64,000 bases of DNA from Opitutales bacterium (GCA_965197745.1 CBDANS010000007.1:1504001-1568000), one strand, 5' to 3'. Shown: positions 9,767-19,134, counted from the first letter of the stretch. Notes: generated by a model not told the origin, from the letters alone. A program made the numbers and translations.

Positions 9767-11805
9767 CAACCCCGATCAAAAAAGAATTGTTCGGGGCGGG
9801 CGATGCCGGGGGTTTGTAAGGTTCCGCTGTTTGGCGCGACATCGGGAACATTACGAAAATTATTTTTTACCACGACAATGCCGTTCATGCCCGGTGATTG
9901 CCCGACAGTGCCAACAACATAGAGATTGTCTGAATGGATTCTCCATATTTCTTTTCCCAGTTCCGTTCGCATCGCTTTGGGCAGGCCATTACCTTCCTCA
10001 AATATTTCTATCAAACGTTTAAGATCTCCACAAGGGGCCACGCCCTTTCGACCGTTAGATTCATACCATAAGCCGATTTGCGACGCAAAGGTACCGCGAC
10101 TGAGTGGTATGGTCATGCCGGGTAAAGTCCACGGGTTTTCAGAACCGCCCGAAACCCACATGCTAAGTTGGTGATCGTTGATTGATTGACGTCTGCTATA
10201 ATAACTTCGCTCTTCAACGCTTAAATGTATATTTATGCCGATATCCTTCCAATGATTCACGAGAAGTTCAGCTATACCTTCAAAATTAACCATCGCCTGA
10301 CTCAGCACTGATTGCGTAATAATCAGACGTTCCTTATTGTCAGTGCGCAGTCGGTATCCTTCGTTGTCCTTTTTATCCAAACCGATAGCGTCGAGGATCG
10401 CGTTGGATTGTTCCAGGTCGCGCACCGCATTCTTTTTTTCGTACTCCGGTCCGGGATAATACGGGTTATTCGGGAATGGGACGAAGGCCCTTGGCTGACC
10501 CATGCCCAGAAAGATCGATTCGTGTATCTCCTCTCGATCGATAGCAAGAGACAGAGCAATGCGAAATTTACGGTTTCTAAGCCACTTTTCTATTTCCGGA
10601 TCTCCCTGCCAGGTTTGGTTAATAAATATTATGGCATCGGAACCTCCTAAATTAGGCCAGAAGAGTACGCGGTAATTACCTCTTTTTGCTTCCCGCTTGA
10701 GAACAGGGACCTTGTCCAAGAGGACATGACGGTGCTGCATGTCTACTTCTCCAGCCATAACGCGAGCATTGAACACCTCTAAGTCCTCAACCAGATGCAT
10801 TACAATCTTGTCGATATAGGGAAGCTGATTCCCTTCGGGATCGACGGCAAAGTAATAGGGGTTGCGTTCCAAAGAGTAAATTTCACTCGTTATCGGAGTA
10901 ACCATCTTCCAGGGACCGACCACCGGTATTTCGGGGTTCTCGTGGGGCGAAGCCATGCGTTTGAAGAGTTGCACCCAACTTCTATCACCCGTAGACTTCA
11001 TCTTAATTTTCAGATCACTTAAGGGGGTATACTTCGAGTGAAACTGCATTAAATAATGCCGGGGAGCATAGAGAGGGCTTTCCCATCTGCGGGCGAATTG
11101 GCCTCCCACCGCTAATCCACCAGCATTTTCGATGAATACATAGTTTGGTTTATGAAAGGTATAACGAACCGTGGTCTCATCTAACTTTTCCACTTTAAAC
11201 CGTTGCCCATCCGCTTTTGTGTAGTTGGGTATTACCGGGTTGATATTATCATTCAAGGTCACGTCTTCGAAGGCGAAAACAAAGTCATCAGCCGTGAACG
11301 GCGCTCCGTCAGACCACTTCATGCCCTGGCGCAGATGGAAAGTAAACATTGTCCCGTCTACGCTGATTTCCCATCCTTTCGCGATGTGGGGCATCAGGGT
11401 ATAACCGTCGATATCGAAGTAAATTATATGATCGTGTATTATCCGGTCGATGTTGTTACGATCGCCACGCCCCGTAAAACCGCGGCGCCAGGTACCACCG
11501 TATTGGCCGATGCGTTCAATGGGTGGAATAATCAACGGATCTTCGGGCAGACGGTCTTCTACCGAGGGCAACTCTCCCGCAGCAACGCGCTTTGCCAGTT
11601 CCGGCGCTTCGTTGAAAGTTGTGGGAATCGAGCCCTTATAAATAAAACTAAATCCTTCAGTACTGACAGCGTCTCGTTTAAGTGTGTCCAGTTTTCCTTT
11701 TGATTGAGTGTCATTGCTCCTGCTGCAGCCAAATGCTGCAATAATGATTGCCATCATGCATAGTGTGATCGGTATCCGATACCTGCTGAAATAGAATACC
11801 TTCAT
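9763..11805 (-). CDS. ABC transporter family-5 substrate-binding lipoprotein, paralog of 4833-6857
   Basis: Lipobox AAFGC. Co-linear high similarity to 4833-6857 over its full length, and the ~30 bp upstream of the ATG is also similar. Confidence 0.93.
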   Translation of the reverse strand: MKVFYFSRYRIPITLCMMAIIIAAFGCSRSNDTQSKGKLDTLKRDAVSTEGFSFIYKGSIPTTFNEAPELAKRVAAGELPSVEDRLPEDPLIIPPIERIGQYGGTWRRGFTGRGDRNNIDRIIHDHIIYFDIDGYTLMPHIAKGWEISVDGTMFTFHLRQGMKWSDGAPFTADDFVFAFEDVTLNDNINPVIPNYTKADGQRFKVEKLDETTVRYTFHKPNYVFIENAGGLAVGGQFARRWESPLYAPRHYLMQFHSKYTPLSDLKIKMKSTGDRSWVQLFKRMASPHENPEIPVVGPWKMVTPITSEIYSLERNPYYFAVDPEGNQLPYIDKIVMHLVEDLEVFNARVMAGEVDMQHRHVLLDKVPVLKREAKRGNYRVLFWPNLGGSDAIIFINQTWQGDPEIEKWLRNRKFRIALSLAIDREEIHESIFLGMGQPRAFVPFPNNPYYPGPEYEKKNAVRDLEQSNAILDAIGLDKKDNEGYRLRTDNKERLIITQSVLSQAMVNFEGIAELLVNHWKDIGINIHLSVEERSYYSRRQSINDHQLSMWVSGGSENPWTLPGMTIPLSRGTFASQIGLWYESNGRKGVAPCGDLKRLIEIFEEGNGLPKAMRTELGKEIWRIHSDNLYVVGTVGQSPGMNGIVVVKNNFRNVPDVAPNSGTLQTPGIARPEQFFFDRGW

Positions 11806-12295
11806 AACGCTAATTAAGCTAAGACAGTGTAGTATCGATTAGGGTAGGTGATAATGTAAATGTTTCGTCATTGTTAGTTATCAGTATAATCGAGATAATC
11901 AATAATCTTTGCCTGCCTCTTCGTCACAGCTAATTTTTGGTAACTTTGATTCTTAACCCATATTTACCATATCATCATAAGAATATTTGCTTGCAATTAT
12001 CGCTATCTTGTTGATAATAAGTCATTTAATGCGACGTTAAGCAAGCAAACTCTCAAAATCCAATGGATGACGCAAGATTCTCTAACCGCACAGAATCACT
12101 CACGCCAGTATTCCTCGGGTAACGGTCAAATTCTCAATGAACAGTAATTACCGCCTATGCAACTTTCAGATACCACGGAGAAAGGATTGCCAAAGTGTCT
12201 TGAGAGGAGCAAAATGCTTTCGAAAGCTTCAGAGGTCGACAATTTTAACGATTCATTCCCGTCATATGGGAAATCCCGGATAACAAATCAAAGAT

Positions 12296-13054
12296 ATGAG
12301 TAAACTACGTGTTCTTATTTGGAATGAATTCGTCGATGAGAGAAAAATGGAAGAAGTGAAATCTATCTATCCTCAAGGTATTCATGAAACATTAATGAGG
12401 GAATTAATGGAAATTGGTAAAGATCTGGAAATTGAAACTGCTACACTCGAAGATCAAGAACATGGCTTAACTGGCTCACGTTTAGCTAAAACAGATGTGC
12501 TGGTTTGGTGGGGACACTGTGCCCACGATAAAGTTGACGAAACTATTAGCGAAAGAGTACAAATACGCGTGCTTGAAGGTATGGGATTTATCCCCTTACA
12601 TTCCGCTCATTTATCAAAAGTTTTTCTTCGCCTCATGGGTACGACATGTACGTTGAATTGGCGTGAAGTCGGTGAGAAAGAGCGGTTGTGGGTATGCAAC
12701 CCGGGGCACCCCATCGCCGAGGGAATCGATGAATGCTTTGAAATAGAAAACACCGAGATGTATGGTGAACCTTTCGATATTCCACCACCTGAAGAACAGA
12801 TTTTTATTTCATGGTTTGAGGGTGGAGAGGTTTTTCGCAGTGGGAACTGCTGGCGTCGCGGCAATGGAAAAATTTTCTACTTTCGACCTGGGCATGAAAC
12901 TTTTCCGATTTATCAAAATAAGACGGTTATCAAGATAATCTACAATGCGATAAAATGGGCCGCTCCGCAGGGGATCTGGCGAGAGTCTTTAAGAAATGTT
13001 CCGATCGAGCTTGCCCGTGAAAAAATTATCGGAAATCGTAGAAAAGAATCCTAA
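12296..13054 (+). CDS. thuA: ThuA (trehalose utilisation) domain protein
   Basis: IWNE..E, YPQGIH, DVLVWWGH.AH, LHSAH.SK, EMYGEPFDIP, SWFEGGEVFRSG, YFRPGHETFP. Confidence 0.88.
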   Translation: MSKLRVLIWNEFVDERKMEEVKSIYPQGIHETLMRELMEIGKDLEIETATLEDQEHGLTGSRLAKTDVLVWWGHCAHDKVDETISERVQIRVLEGMGFIPLHSAHLSKVFLRLMGTTCTLNWREVGEKERLWVCNPGHPIAEGIDECFEIENTEMYGEPFDIPPPEEQIFISWFEGGEVFRSGNCWRRGNGKIFYFRPGHETFPIYQNKTVIKIIYNAIKWAAPQGIWRESLRNVPIELAREKIIGNRRKES

Positions 13055-13236
13055 AAAGGGAGTTTGTTAAATTTAAGTTTTGCTCATCTATATGGTGCTT
13101 AATAGGAGAGGTACTAAGATAGTTAATAAAGCTTCGTCTTCGTCCGCAGAGGCGAGTTACCTGACCGCCGCTGTAACTTTAAATTGAATAGCGAAAGCTG
13201 ATCTCTAGCACGCTTCTTCAATGACGACATAATCAA

Positions 13237-13445
13237 ACGCGCTAGGGACAGCCTTCGCTGTGTCGTGATAGGCTACGGCGGTCAGGCAGCGCATTCCACC
13301 TTAATTCTTTCAAGCCAAGGTGGAGCGGGATGCGGGCGCTTATGCACGTTTTAGGTTTTAAGTTTTAGGTGTTAAGTAATTTAACCTAAAACCTAACACT
13401 TAACACCCGTGGCACGCCACAGCATAGCGACGGCGGCTAACACTT
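13237..13445. repeat. Composite repeat cluster: GTGG-type REP with nested 38-bp insert, followed by inverted heptamer arrays (13348-13445)
   Basis: acgcgctagggacagcc[ttcgctgtgtcgtgataggctacggcggtcaggcagc]gcattccacc, then gttttaggttttaagttttaggtgttaag facing ctaaaacctaacacttaacac. Confidence 0.75.
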
Positions 13446-13454
13446 ATCGATAGT

Positions 13455-15680
13455 TCATTCAATGGTTATCTCATCCACCTCGACGGATATCTCTTCGTCG
13501 TCCTCATTGACAAACGTTGCATTAATGGTCTGTGTCGGCTGAGGCGTGTTGTCTGATTTGAAGTTGTTCTGCGTGATCAAGGTATCGAATCCCGTCGTCG
13601 TCGATCCACTCTCCGCTACCACGACTGCCGCACCGTTCGTCTGTAACAAGTCGCCACCCGTGATCCGTAACCCGGGGTTGCCGGCTGGAACGGTGAAGGA
13701 GCCTGAGCCAAATAATATGTGCGGTACCGCATCGCCACTGGCATCGATGTCGCCAATCGTTAAGCGTACCCCGATCGGTACCCCACGCGCGTCGATACCG
13801 GTCTTGCCCGTACTTCCACTGAACACGGTGTTCGACAGTTGTATGCCGCCCATGCCCGTGGAATTTACAATTTCCACGAGGGTCACGTCCGCTTGCGCGT
13901 CATAGACCTGTCCTTCGGGGAAGAGGGCCTGGTTAAACGCGTTGATCCTACCCACGGTGAAGATACTGAAGAAGGTATTGGCGTCCGCTCCGTCGATCAC
14001 TACGCTCGGTTTGCCCGTCACGTACTCAACGGCTTGGTTGTAGCGTGGGGGGATGGCCGGGGGGAGGAAGGTGGCCGGATCCAGGGTTACGGTAAAGGTC
14101 CCTGCGCCCGAGAACTCTACCTGCACGATATCCTCGTTTTCATCCATGAAAGAGACGCGGGTGATCTGTCCCGATTTGGCCTGGAGTTGGACGGACTCTC
14201 CGGTGAGTAAAATCTGGTCGAAGACATTACCGTTGGCATGCTGAATGTTTTCACCGGCGATATCACCCGAACCGTCGAGGACGAGAGGAACGGCCGGGGC
14301 TGCGATGGTGATAACAGCGGTATCGCTATCGGCTGTACCTCCAGCGTTAGTTATCTGCACCCAGAAGCTTGTGCTCGCGGTGAGCGCGCCGGTGTCCAGC
14401 GTACTACCGGTTGCTCCAGCGACGGGAGCGGCGGTGTCACCGCTGTTTCCGGTGTACCACTGGTAAGTGAGATCATCACCACTGGCGGCGACAGACAAGC
14501 TCGCCGTGGTGCCGGATGCAACTTCCTGGCTCGCGGGCTGTGTGGTGATAGAGGGAGCATCAGCGGGTGGGGGACCCTCGGAGCCTGTGCCCGGTGCGCC
14601 AATGGGGGTAAAACCGAAATCATCGAAGACTGTCCGGCTGAAAGCTACATTTATATTGGGATTGTCCGTAACAAGCAGTCTGCCAATGCCGCCTGGAGCT
14701 CCCAACTCCACCGCATTGATCGTAGTTTGACGGGGTTTATTTAAAGAATTAAGACCCCCAGCACCCCCACCACTTCCAGCACTTTCCAAGTCCGAAATAT
14801 TAGCAAGAAGGTTATCATTAGTATCGTAAACTTCAATTGAGCCGTCGGGGTCAGTACCGCCAGCCAAAATAATGGCTGCGGCGAAAACATCGATCTCAAA
14901 TGCCGGAGTTTCAAAAGTGACCGTGAAGCTTTCTCCGTTAAAAATACCATAGGATACTTGTCCCGAGCGAACTGGACTGTCTGCAGCAGCAGCTAGAATC
15001 GAGCCACCATCAAAAGTAGCACTATTGGGTGATTCTCCAACAATAATGGGTGCCGTTAATCCTGCACCCACACTGAATTCCTCAAATGTAGTGAATACGG
15101 TGTTATTGGACGGTCTTTCCGTTATCGTGAAACCCAGATCGTCAAGGGAGAATTTTCCTGAAACATTTTTGATTTTTAATTCTTTAATGCCGTCGAGAAA
15201 GTCAAAATCGGTTGAGTCGAGGAACATATCACTGTCTGAAACGAAGCTTTGTAATGGGGGATTGGCACCGGGACTGATATTGGTCGGTAGACCTTCGACA
15301 ATACCATTATCCGCTAGAATTAATACAAATATATTGCCTTCAAAAGAGATATTTCCTCTGGGCTCGATTCTACCGGCTCCCGTATTCTCGGCCGCATAGA
15401 ATTGGATTTCATCAATTCCTCTTTCCGATACAATTACCCCCTCCTGACCAGGTCCTAGGGTTATCGCTTTTGTTCCGGAGTGTAAAAGCGCAGGATCCTC
15501 TAAAGTTTCAACGGTGAATCCGACTAACTTGATCCTATTGGGCTCTTCCCCGATAAAAAATTCACCTTCACCGCTGATGTCCTCGAAATCAGTGAACACC
15601 TCCAGATCTTGAGGAAGAGCTATTAGAAGAAGAGGGGATAAAACTGAGAAAATAATGATCGCTAACGAATTATTTTTCAT
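13455..15680 (-). CDS. Secreted Ig-like-domain surface protein, paralog 2 (741 aa)
   Basis: Same architecture as 2435-4693: ALPQD after the signal peptide, LLHSGTKA, FETPA, DDFGFTPIG, Ig domain, conserved C-domain. Confidence 0.85.
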   Translation of the reverse strand: MKNNSLAIIIFSVLSPLLLIALPQDLEVFTDFEDISGEGEFFIGEEPNRIKLVGFTVETLEDPALLHSGTKAITLGPGQEGVIVSERGIDEIQFYAAENTGAGRIEPRGNISFEGNIFVLILADNGIVEGLPTNISPGANPPLQSFVSDSDMFLDSTDFDFLDGIKELKIKNVSGKFSLDDLGFTITERPSNNTVFTTFEEFSVGAGLTAPIIVGESPNSATFDGGSILAAAADSPVRSGQVSYGIFNGESFTVTFETPAFEIDVFAAAIILAGGTDPDGSIEVYDTNDNLLANISDLESAGSGGGAGGLNSLNKPRQTTINAVELGAPGGIGRLLVTDNPNINVAFSRTVFDDFGFTPIGAPGTGSEGPPPADAPSITTQPASQEVASGTTASLSVAASGDDLTYQWYTGNSGDTAAPVAGATGSTLDTGALTASTSFWVQITNAGGTADSDTAVITIAAPAVPLVLDGSGDIAGENIQHANGNVFDQILLTGESVQLQAKSGQITRVSFMDENEDIVQVEFSGAGTFTVTLDPATFLPPAIPPRYNQAVEYVTGKPSVVIDGADANTFFSIFTVGRINAFNQALFPEGQVYDAQADVTLVEIVNSTGMGGIQLSNTVFSGSTGKTGIDARGVPIGVRLTIGDIDASGDAVPHILFGSGSFTVPAGNPGLRITGGDLLQTNGAAVVVAESGSTTTGFDTLITQNNFKSDNTPQPTQTINATFVNEDDEEISVEVDEITIE

Positions 15681-15816
15681 GGTTATTTCATATTAAGTGT
15701 TAAAATTCAAAAGATTCAATCTCCATTTAGTCTCGTTATTATCAATATATTAGGTTATTTAGTATACTTAGTTAAATCATAAGTTGTTAATATCAGATCT
15801 TAAATGATTAAATCGC

Positions 15817-15860
15817 TGGGGTGGCTAACCGGATTCGAACCGGCGACCCCGGAACCACAA
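15817..15860 (-). other. 3' half of tRNA-His(GTG); att-like integration scar, not an intact tRNA
   Basis: Minus strand reads TTGTGGT-TCCGG-GGTC-GCCGG-TTCGAAT-CCGGT-TAGCCACC-CCA: anticodon loop GTG, T-arm and His-type acceptor 3' strand. No D-arm or 5' acceptor strand lies upstream. Confidence 0.85.
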
Positions 15861-15981
15861 ATCGATACTGTAGATCTATAAGGGTTTTACCTAATTACTC
15901 CGTGGATTTGACGAAGCGAGCATAAGCGAGCGTAGATGGGTCAACCAGAGGTTGAGGGCAGAGCCCCGAACGTAGTGAGCC

Positions 15982-16135
15982 AATCCCACCCTCTCCGCCA
16001 GTTCGATTGTCGATTGCACCTGACGGATAAAAAATTGTTTATCTTGTGAACCATTCTAGAGACTTTCTTAATCAATCGAAAATCGTCAATCGAAAATCGG
16101 AAATTATCTATCCCTCTCCGCCACTTCGATTGTGG
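15982..16135 (+). repeat. Two direct copies of a tRNA-Ser-like 3' end (CCCTCTCCGCCA), each followed by TTCGATTGT(C/G)GAT, with AATCGAA-type heptamers between
   Basis: aatcccaccctctccgcca at 15982-16000 and ccctctccgcca at 16112-16123 (period 123 bp); aatcgaaaatcgtcaatcgaaaatcgg at ~16074-16100. Confidence 0.65.
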
Positions 16136-16188
16136 ATATCAGATTACGGATCGAATAAAAAGTCGACGGTTGTAGGTTATTTCCTTTT

Positions 16189-16404
16189 TGTCATTGCGAG
16201 GAGCAACGCGACGCGGCAATCCAGTAAAATGTCTGTTGCGTAATGTAATTCCCGTGATGTTAGGAATTACTCTCAACTAATCGATTTCCTTTAAATGAAG
16301 AGACGAATCCTCATTGGAAAGACCAGAGCAGAGATTTTTATTCGTAAGCACTATGACTATGTGCCTAGATTGCCGCAGTCGGTTGCACCTCCTTCGCAAT
16401 GACA
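16189..16404 (+). mobile_element. Non-autonomous, internally deleted relative of the GIY-YIG/TIR cassette
   Basis: Ends TGTCATTGCGAGGAG ... CTCCTTCGCAATGACA. Positions 16291-16347 encode LNEETNPHWKDQSRDFYS*, versus LIEKENPFWKDLSRDWYS* in the nuclease, followed by the homologous 3' spacer. Confidence 0.85.
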
Positions 16405-16427
16405 AAAAGGGAAGAGCGCTAATGCGC

Positions 16428-16490
16428 GTGTTATGTGTTAAGTTCCAAGTGTTAAGTAAATTAACCTAAAACCTAACACTTAACACATAA
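16428..16490. repeat. Inverted heptamer arrays (GTGTTAA/CTAACAC type)
   Basis: gtgttatgtgttaagttccaagtgttaag-taaa-ttaacctaaaacctaacacttaacacataa; right half nearly identical to 13381-13406. Confidence 0.8.
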
Positions 16491-16525
16491 TAAGCGTTGG
16501 TCTCCTACATTTTGACGTTTTGACC

Positions 16526-18733
16526 CTACTCAATCGTGATCTCTTCGAGAACAACCGCGATCGCATCGCCGTCTTCATTGGCGAAGGTGGCGTCGATACT
16601 CTGAGTCGGCTGAGGCGTGTTATCGGATTTAAAATTGTTTTGCGTGATCAGGGTCTCAAACCCGGTGGTGGTTGATCCACTCTCCGCCACGACGACCGCA
16701 GCGCCGTTGGTCTGCAAGAGGTCTCCTCCGGTGATCCGCATCCCGGGGTTGCCCGCCGGTACCGTGAAGGACCCATCTCCAAACAGGAGGTGGGGTACCG
16801 CATCGCCACTGGCATCGATGTCACCTACCGTTAAGCGTACCGCGATCGGCACCCCGCGCGCATCGAAGCCGACCTTGCCCGTGCTTCCACTGAACACGGT
16901 ATTCGATAACTGTACCCCTCCCAGTCCCGTGGAGTTGACTACTTCCACGAGGGCCACGTCGGCCTGGGCATCATAGACCTGTCCTTCGGGGAACAGTGCC
17001 TGGTTAAAGGCGTTGATCCTTCCCACCGTGAAAATGCTGAAGAAGGTACTGGAGTCCGCTCCATCGATGACCACGCTCGGCTTGCCCGTCACATATTCGA
17101 CGGCCTGGTTGTAGCGTGGGGGGACGGCCGGAGGCAGAAAAGTGGCTGGATCGAGGGTTACGGTAAAGGTCCCATTACCTGAAAATTCTACCTGTACGAT
17201 GTTCTCGTTTTCGTCCATGAAGGAGACGCGGGTAATCTGTCCCGGCTTAGCCTGGAGTTGGACGGACTCTCCGGTGAGTAATATCTGGTCGAAGACGTTG
17301 CCGTTGGCATGCTGAATGTTTTCCCCGGCGATATCGCCTGAGCCGTCGAGAACGAGGGGGATGGAAGGTGCTGCCACGGTTATCACCGCAGTTTCACTGT
17401 CATCACTGCCGCCGGCGTTGGTAACCTGCGCCCAGTAGTTCGTGCTCGTGGTGAGTGCACCGGTAGTTAAGGTGCTGCCGGTGGCGCCGGAGACGGGTGC
17501 TGCGGTGTCACCGCTGTTGCCGGTATACCATTGGTAAGTAAGATCATCACCGCTGGCCGCTACGGTCAGCACTACCGCCGTGCCAGACTGCACCTCCTGG
17601 CTCGCGGGTTGGGTAGTGATGGAGGGGCCTTGTGCTGGAGGGGGTCCGCCTCCATCTTCGAAACCCGGGGTTCCAATAGGAGTAAAACCGAAGTCGTCGA
17701 TGCCTGTTGAGCTGAATAATGGATTTACATTTTCATTATCGAGTAAAAGAATTTTAGCAATGCCGCCCACGGCTCCCAATTCACTGGCAATAAATGTATA
17801 ATGTGGAACGAGTGATCCCTTCAGGATATTGGTCGCCAGATCTACTTCCCTGGCAATTAAATTATCTTCAGTATCAAATACCTCAATAGTACCATCGGAT
17901 TCGCCTAATGCTTGGGCGACGATGGTTGCGGCAAAAAATTGTACTCGGGCTGCCGGTGTTTCGAAGGTGATCGTTCCCGTATCGCCATTCTGAACTCTCC
18001 AGTGACTACGTTGTGTGCGGAATTAAAAGCCGAGCAAATCTTCCGCTTCCTGGGATATATCTGCGCCTGAAAAGGTGGCGGTAAAAGGCGATGTTCCAAT
18101 AGTAATATCATCACTGGTAGGTTGGAATTCTGAAAAGAAAGTAAATACCGTGTTGTTCCTCGGCCCATCGATGAGGGTATAACCCACATCGTCGATGGCT
18201 AATTTACCCGTTACATTCAGGAATTTAATTTCATTCATCCCGTCAATGTAATTGAGGTCCGATTCGTCAAGAAAATTGCCACTAAAGGCAACGATTCTTT
18301 GCAGCGGAGGATTGTACTCCGGGTTGATGCTGTTTGGAAAGCCCGTAAAAACACCCTGCTGAGTTAATTCAAATACTTCTTGTCCTGTTGCATCTGTATC
18401 ACGTTCTCGAACCTCGATCTTTCCCGCGCCCGTGTTTTCAACCACGTAGAATTCGATTTCAGCAATCCCTTTTCTCGTGAAAATCTTTCCTTCCTGGCCG
18501 GGGCCCAGGGTTATTGCTTTCGTTCCCGAGTGCAGCAGACTTGGATCCTCCAGCGTTTCTACCGTAAACCCAATAAATTGGATTTGATTAGGTGGATCAC
18601 CGAGTAAAAAATCAACTGAACCTTCGGCATCTTCAAAATCTAAAAAATTTTCCTGGTCTTGTGGAAGAGCTCGGAGAAGAAGCGGGAAAAAGAGTGAGAT
18701 TAGTGATACGGATACAATATTTTTTAAGCGCAT
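16526..18733 (-). pseudogene. Secreted Ig-like-domain surface protein, paralog 3, interrupted by one in-frame TAA (18023-18025)
   Basis: ORFs 18023-18733 and 16526-17779 are in the same frame (2208 bp = 736 codons). Reading through gives ...DLLGF*FRTQRSHWRVQNGDTGTITFETPAARVQFFA..., co-linear with the paralogs. Confidence 0.85.
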
Positions 18734-18967
18734 TTTGACCCCTTTAATTTGATTTGAACCCTATAACCTGGTTTATTTGGCTACTGTTTTTCATAAGTAA
18801 CGGTAAAAGATCTCGGTTTCAACAGATAATTAAGATTTCAGTAATTTTTTTTAAATTTATCTTCGATTGGTCATTTATGTACTAGGATACTAAGGAGATT
18901 GAATAGTATTCGCAGAGGCTATTAGATGATTCTTTCTCCTCTCTACGGTGACTACTGATATCCCTAC

Positions 18968-19134
18968 TGTCATTGGGAGAAGCGTAGCGACGACGCTACC
19001 CAACGCAGCGACATCTTCCATTCCAGGGGTTTGCCGGTCACGTATTGACATCCCCCTGGAATGGAAGATATCGTCCCACATTTGCGGGACTCGGTAGCTT
19101 CGTCTCCCGCAGACGCGAGATCCTCGCAATGACA
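18968..19134. mobile_element. Non-autonomous palindromic (REPIN/MITE-like) member of the TGTCATTGCGAG family
   Basis: Ends TGTCATTGGGAG ... CTCGCAATGACA. The inner 21-bp inverted repeat cgacatcttccattccagggg/cccctggaatggaagatatcg matches the 5' arm of the GIY-YIG cassette. Confidence 0.8.

Noticed and set aside
9569..10022. Plus-strand ORFs of 117 and 141 aa
   Set aside because: Antisense shadows of the SBP gene and the Ig remnant.
11806..12295. Hidden gene or ncRNA in the 490-bp gap before thuA
   Set aside because: The frames I translated are interrupted by stops, and I saw no convincing structure or homology.
15817..15895. Intact tRNA-His gene
   Set aside because: No 5' acceptor strand or D-arm; the anticodon stem cannot form.
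16046..16243. 65-aa ORF (…QSKIVNRKSEII…VIARSNATRQS)
   Set aside because: It is a translation of heptamer and TIR repeats.
2435..18733. Diversity-generating retroelement acting on the Ig paralogs (9605-9766 as a template repeat)
   Set aside because: No reverse transcriptase in the window; differences are not adenine-specific, and the C-terminal region is the conserved part.
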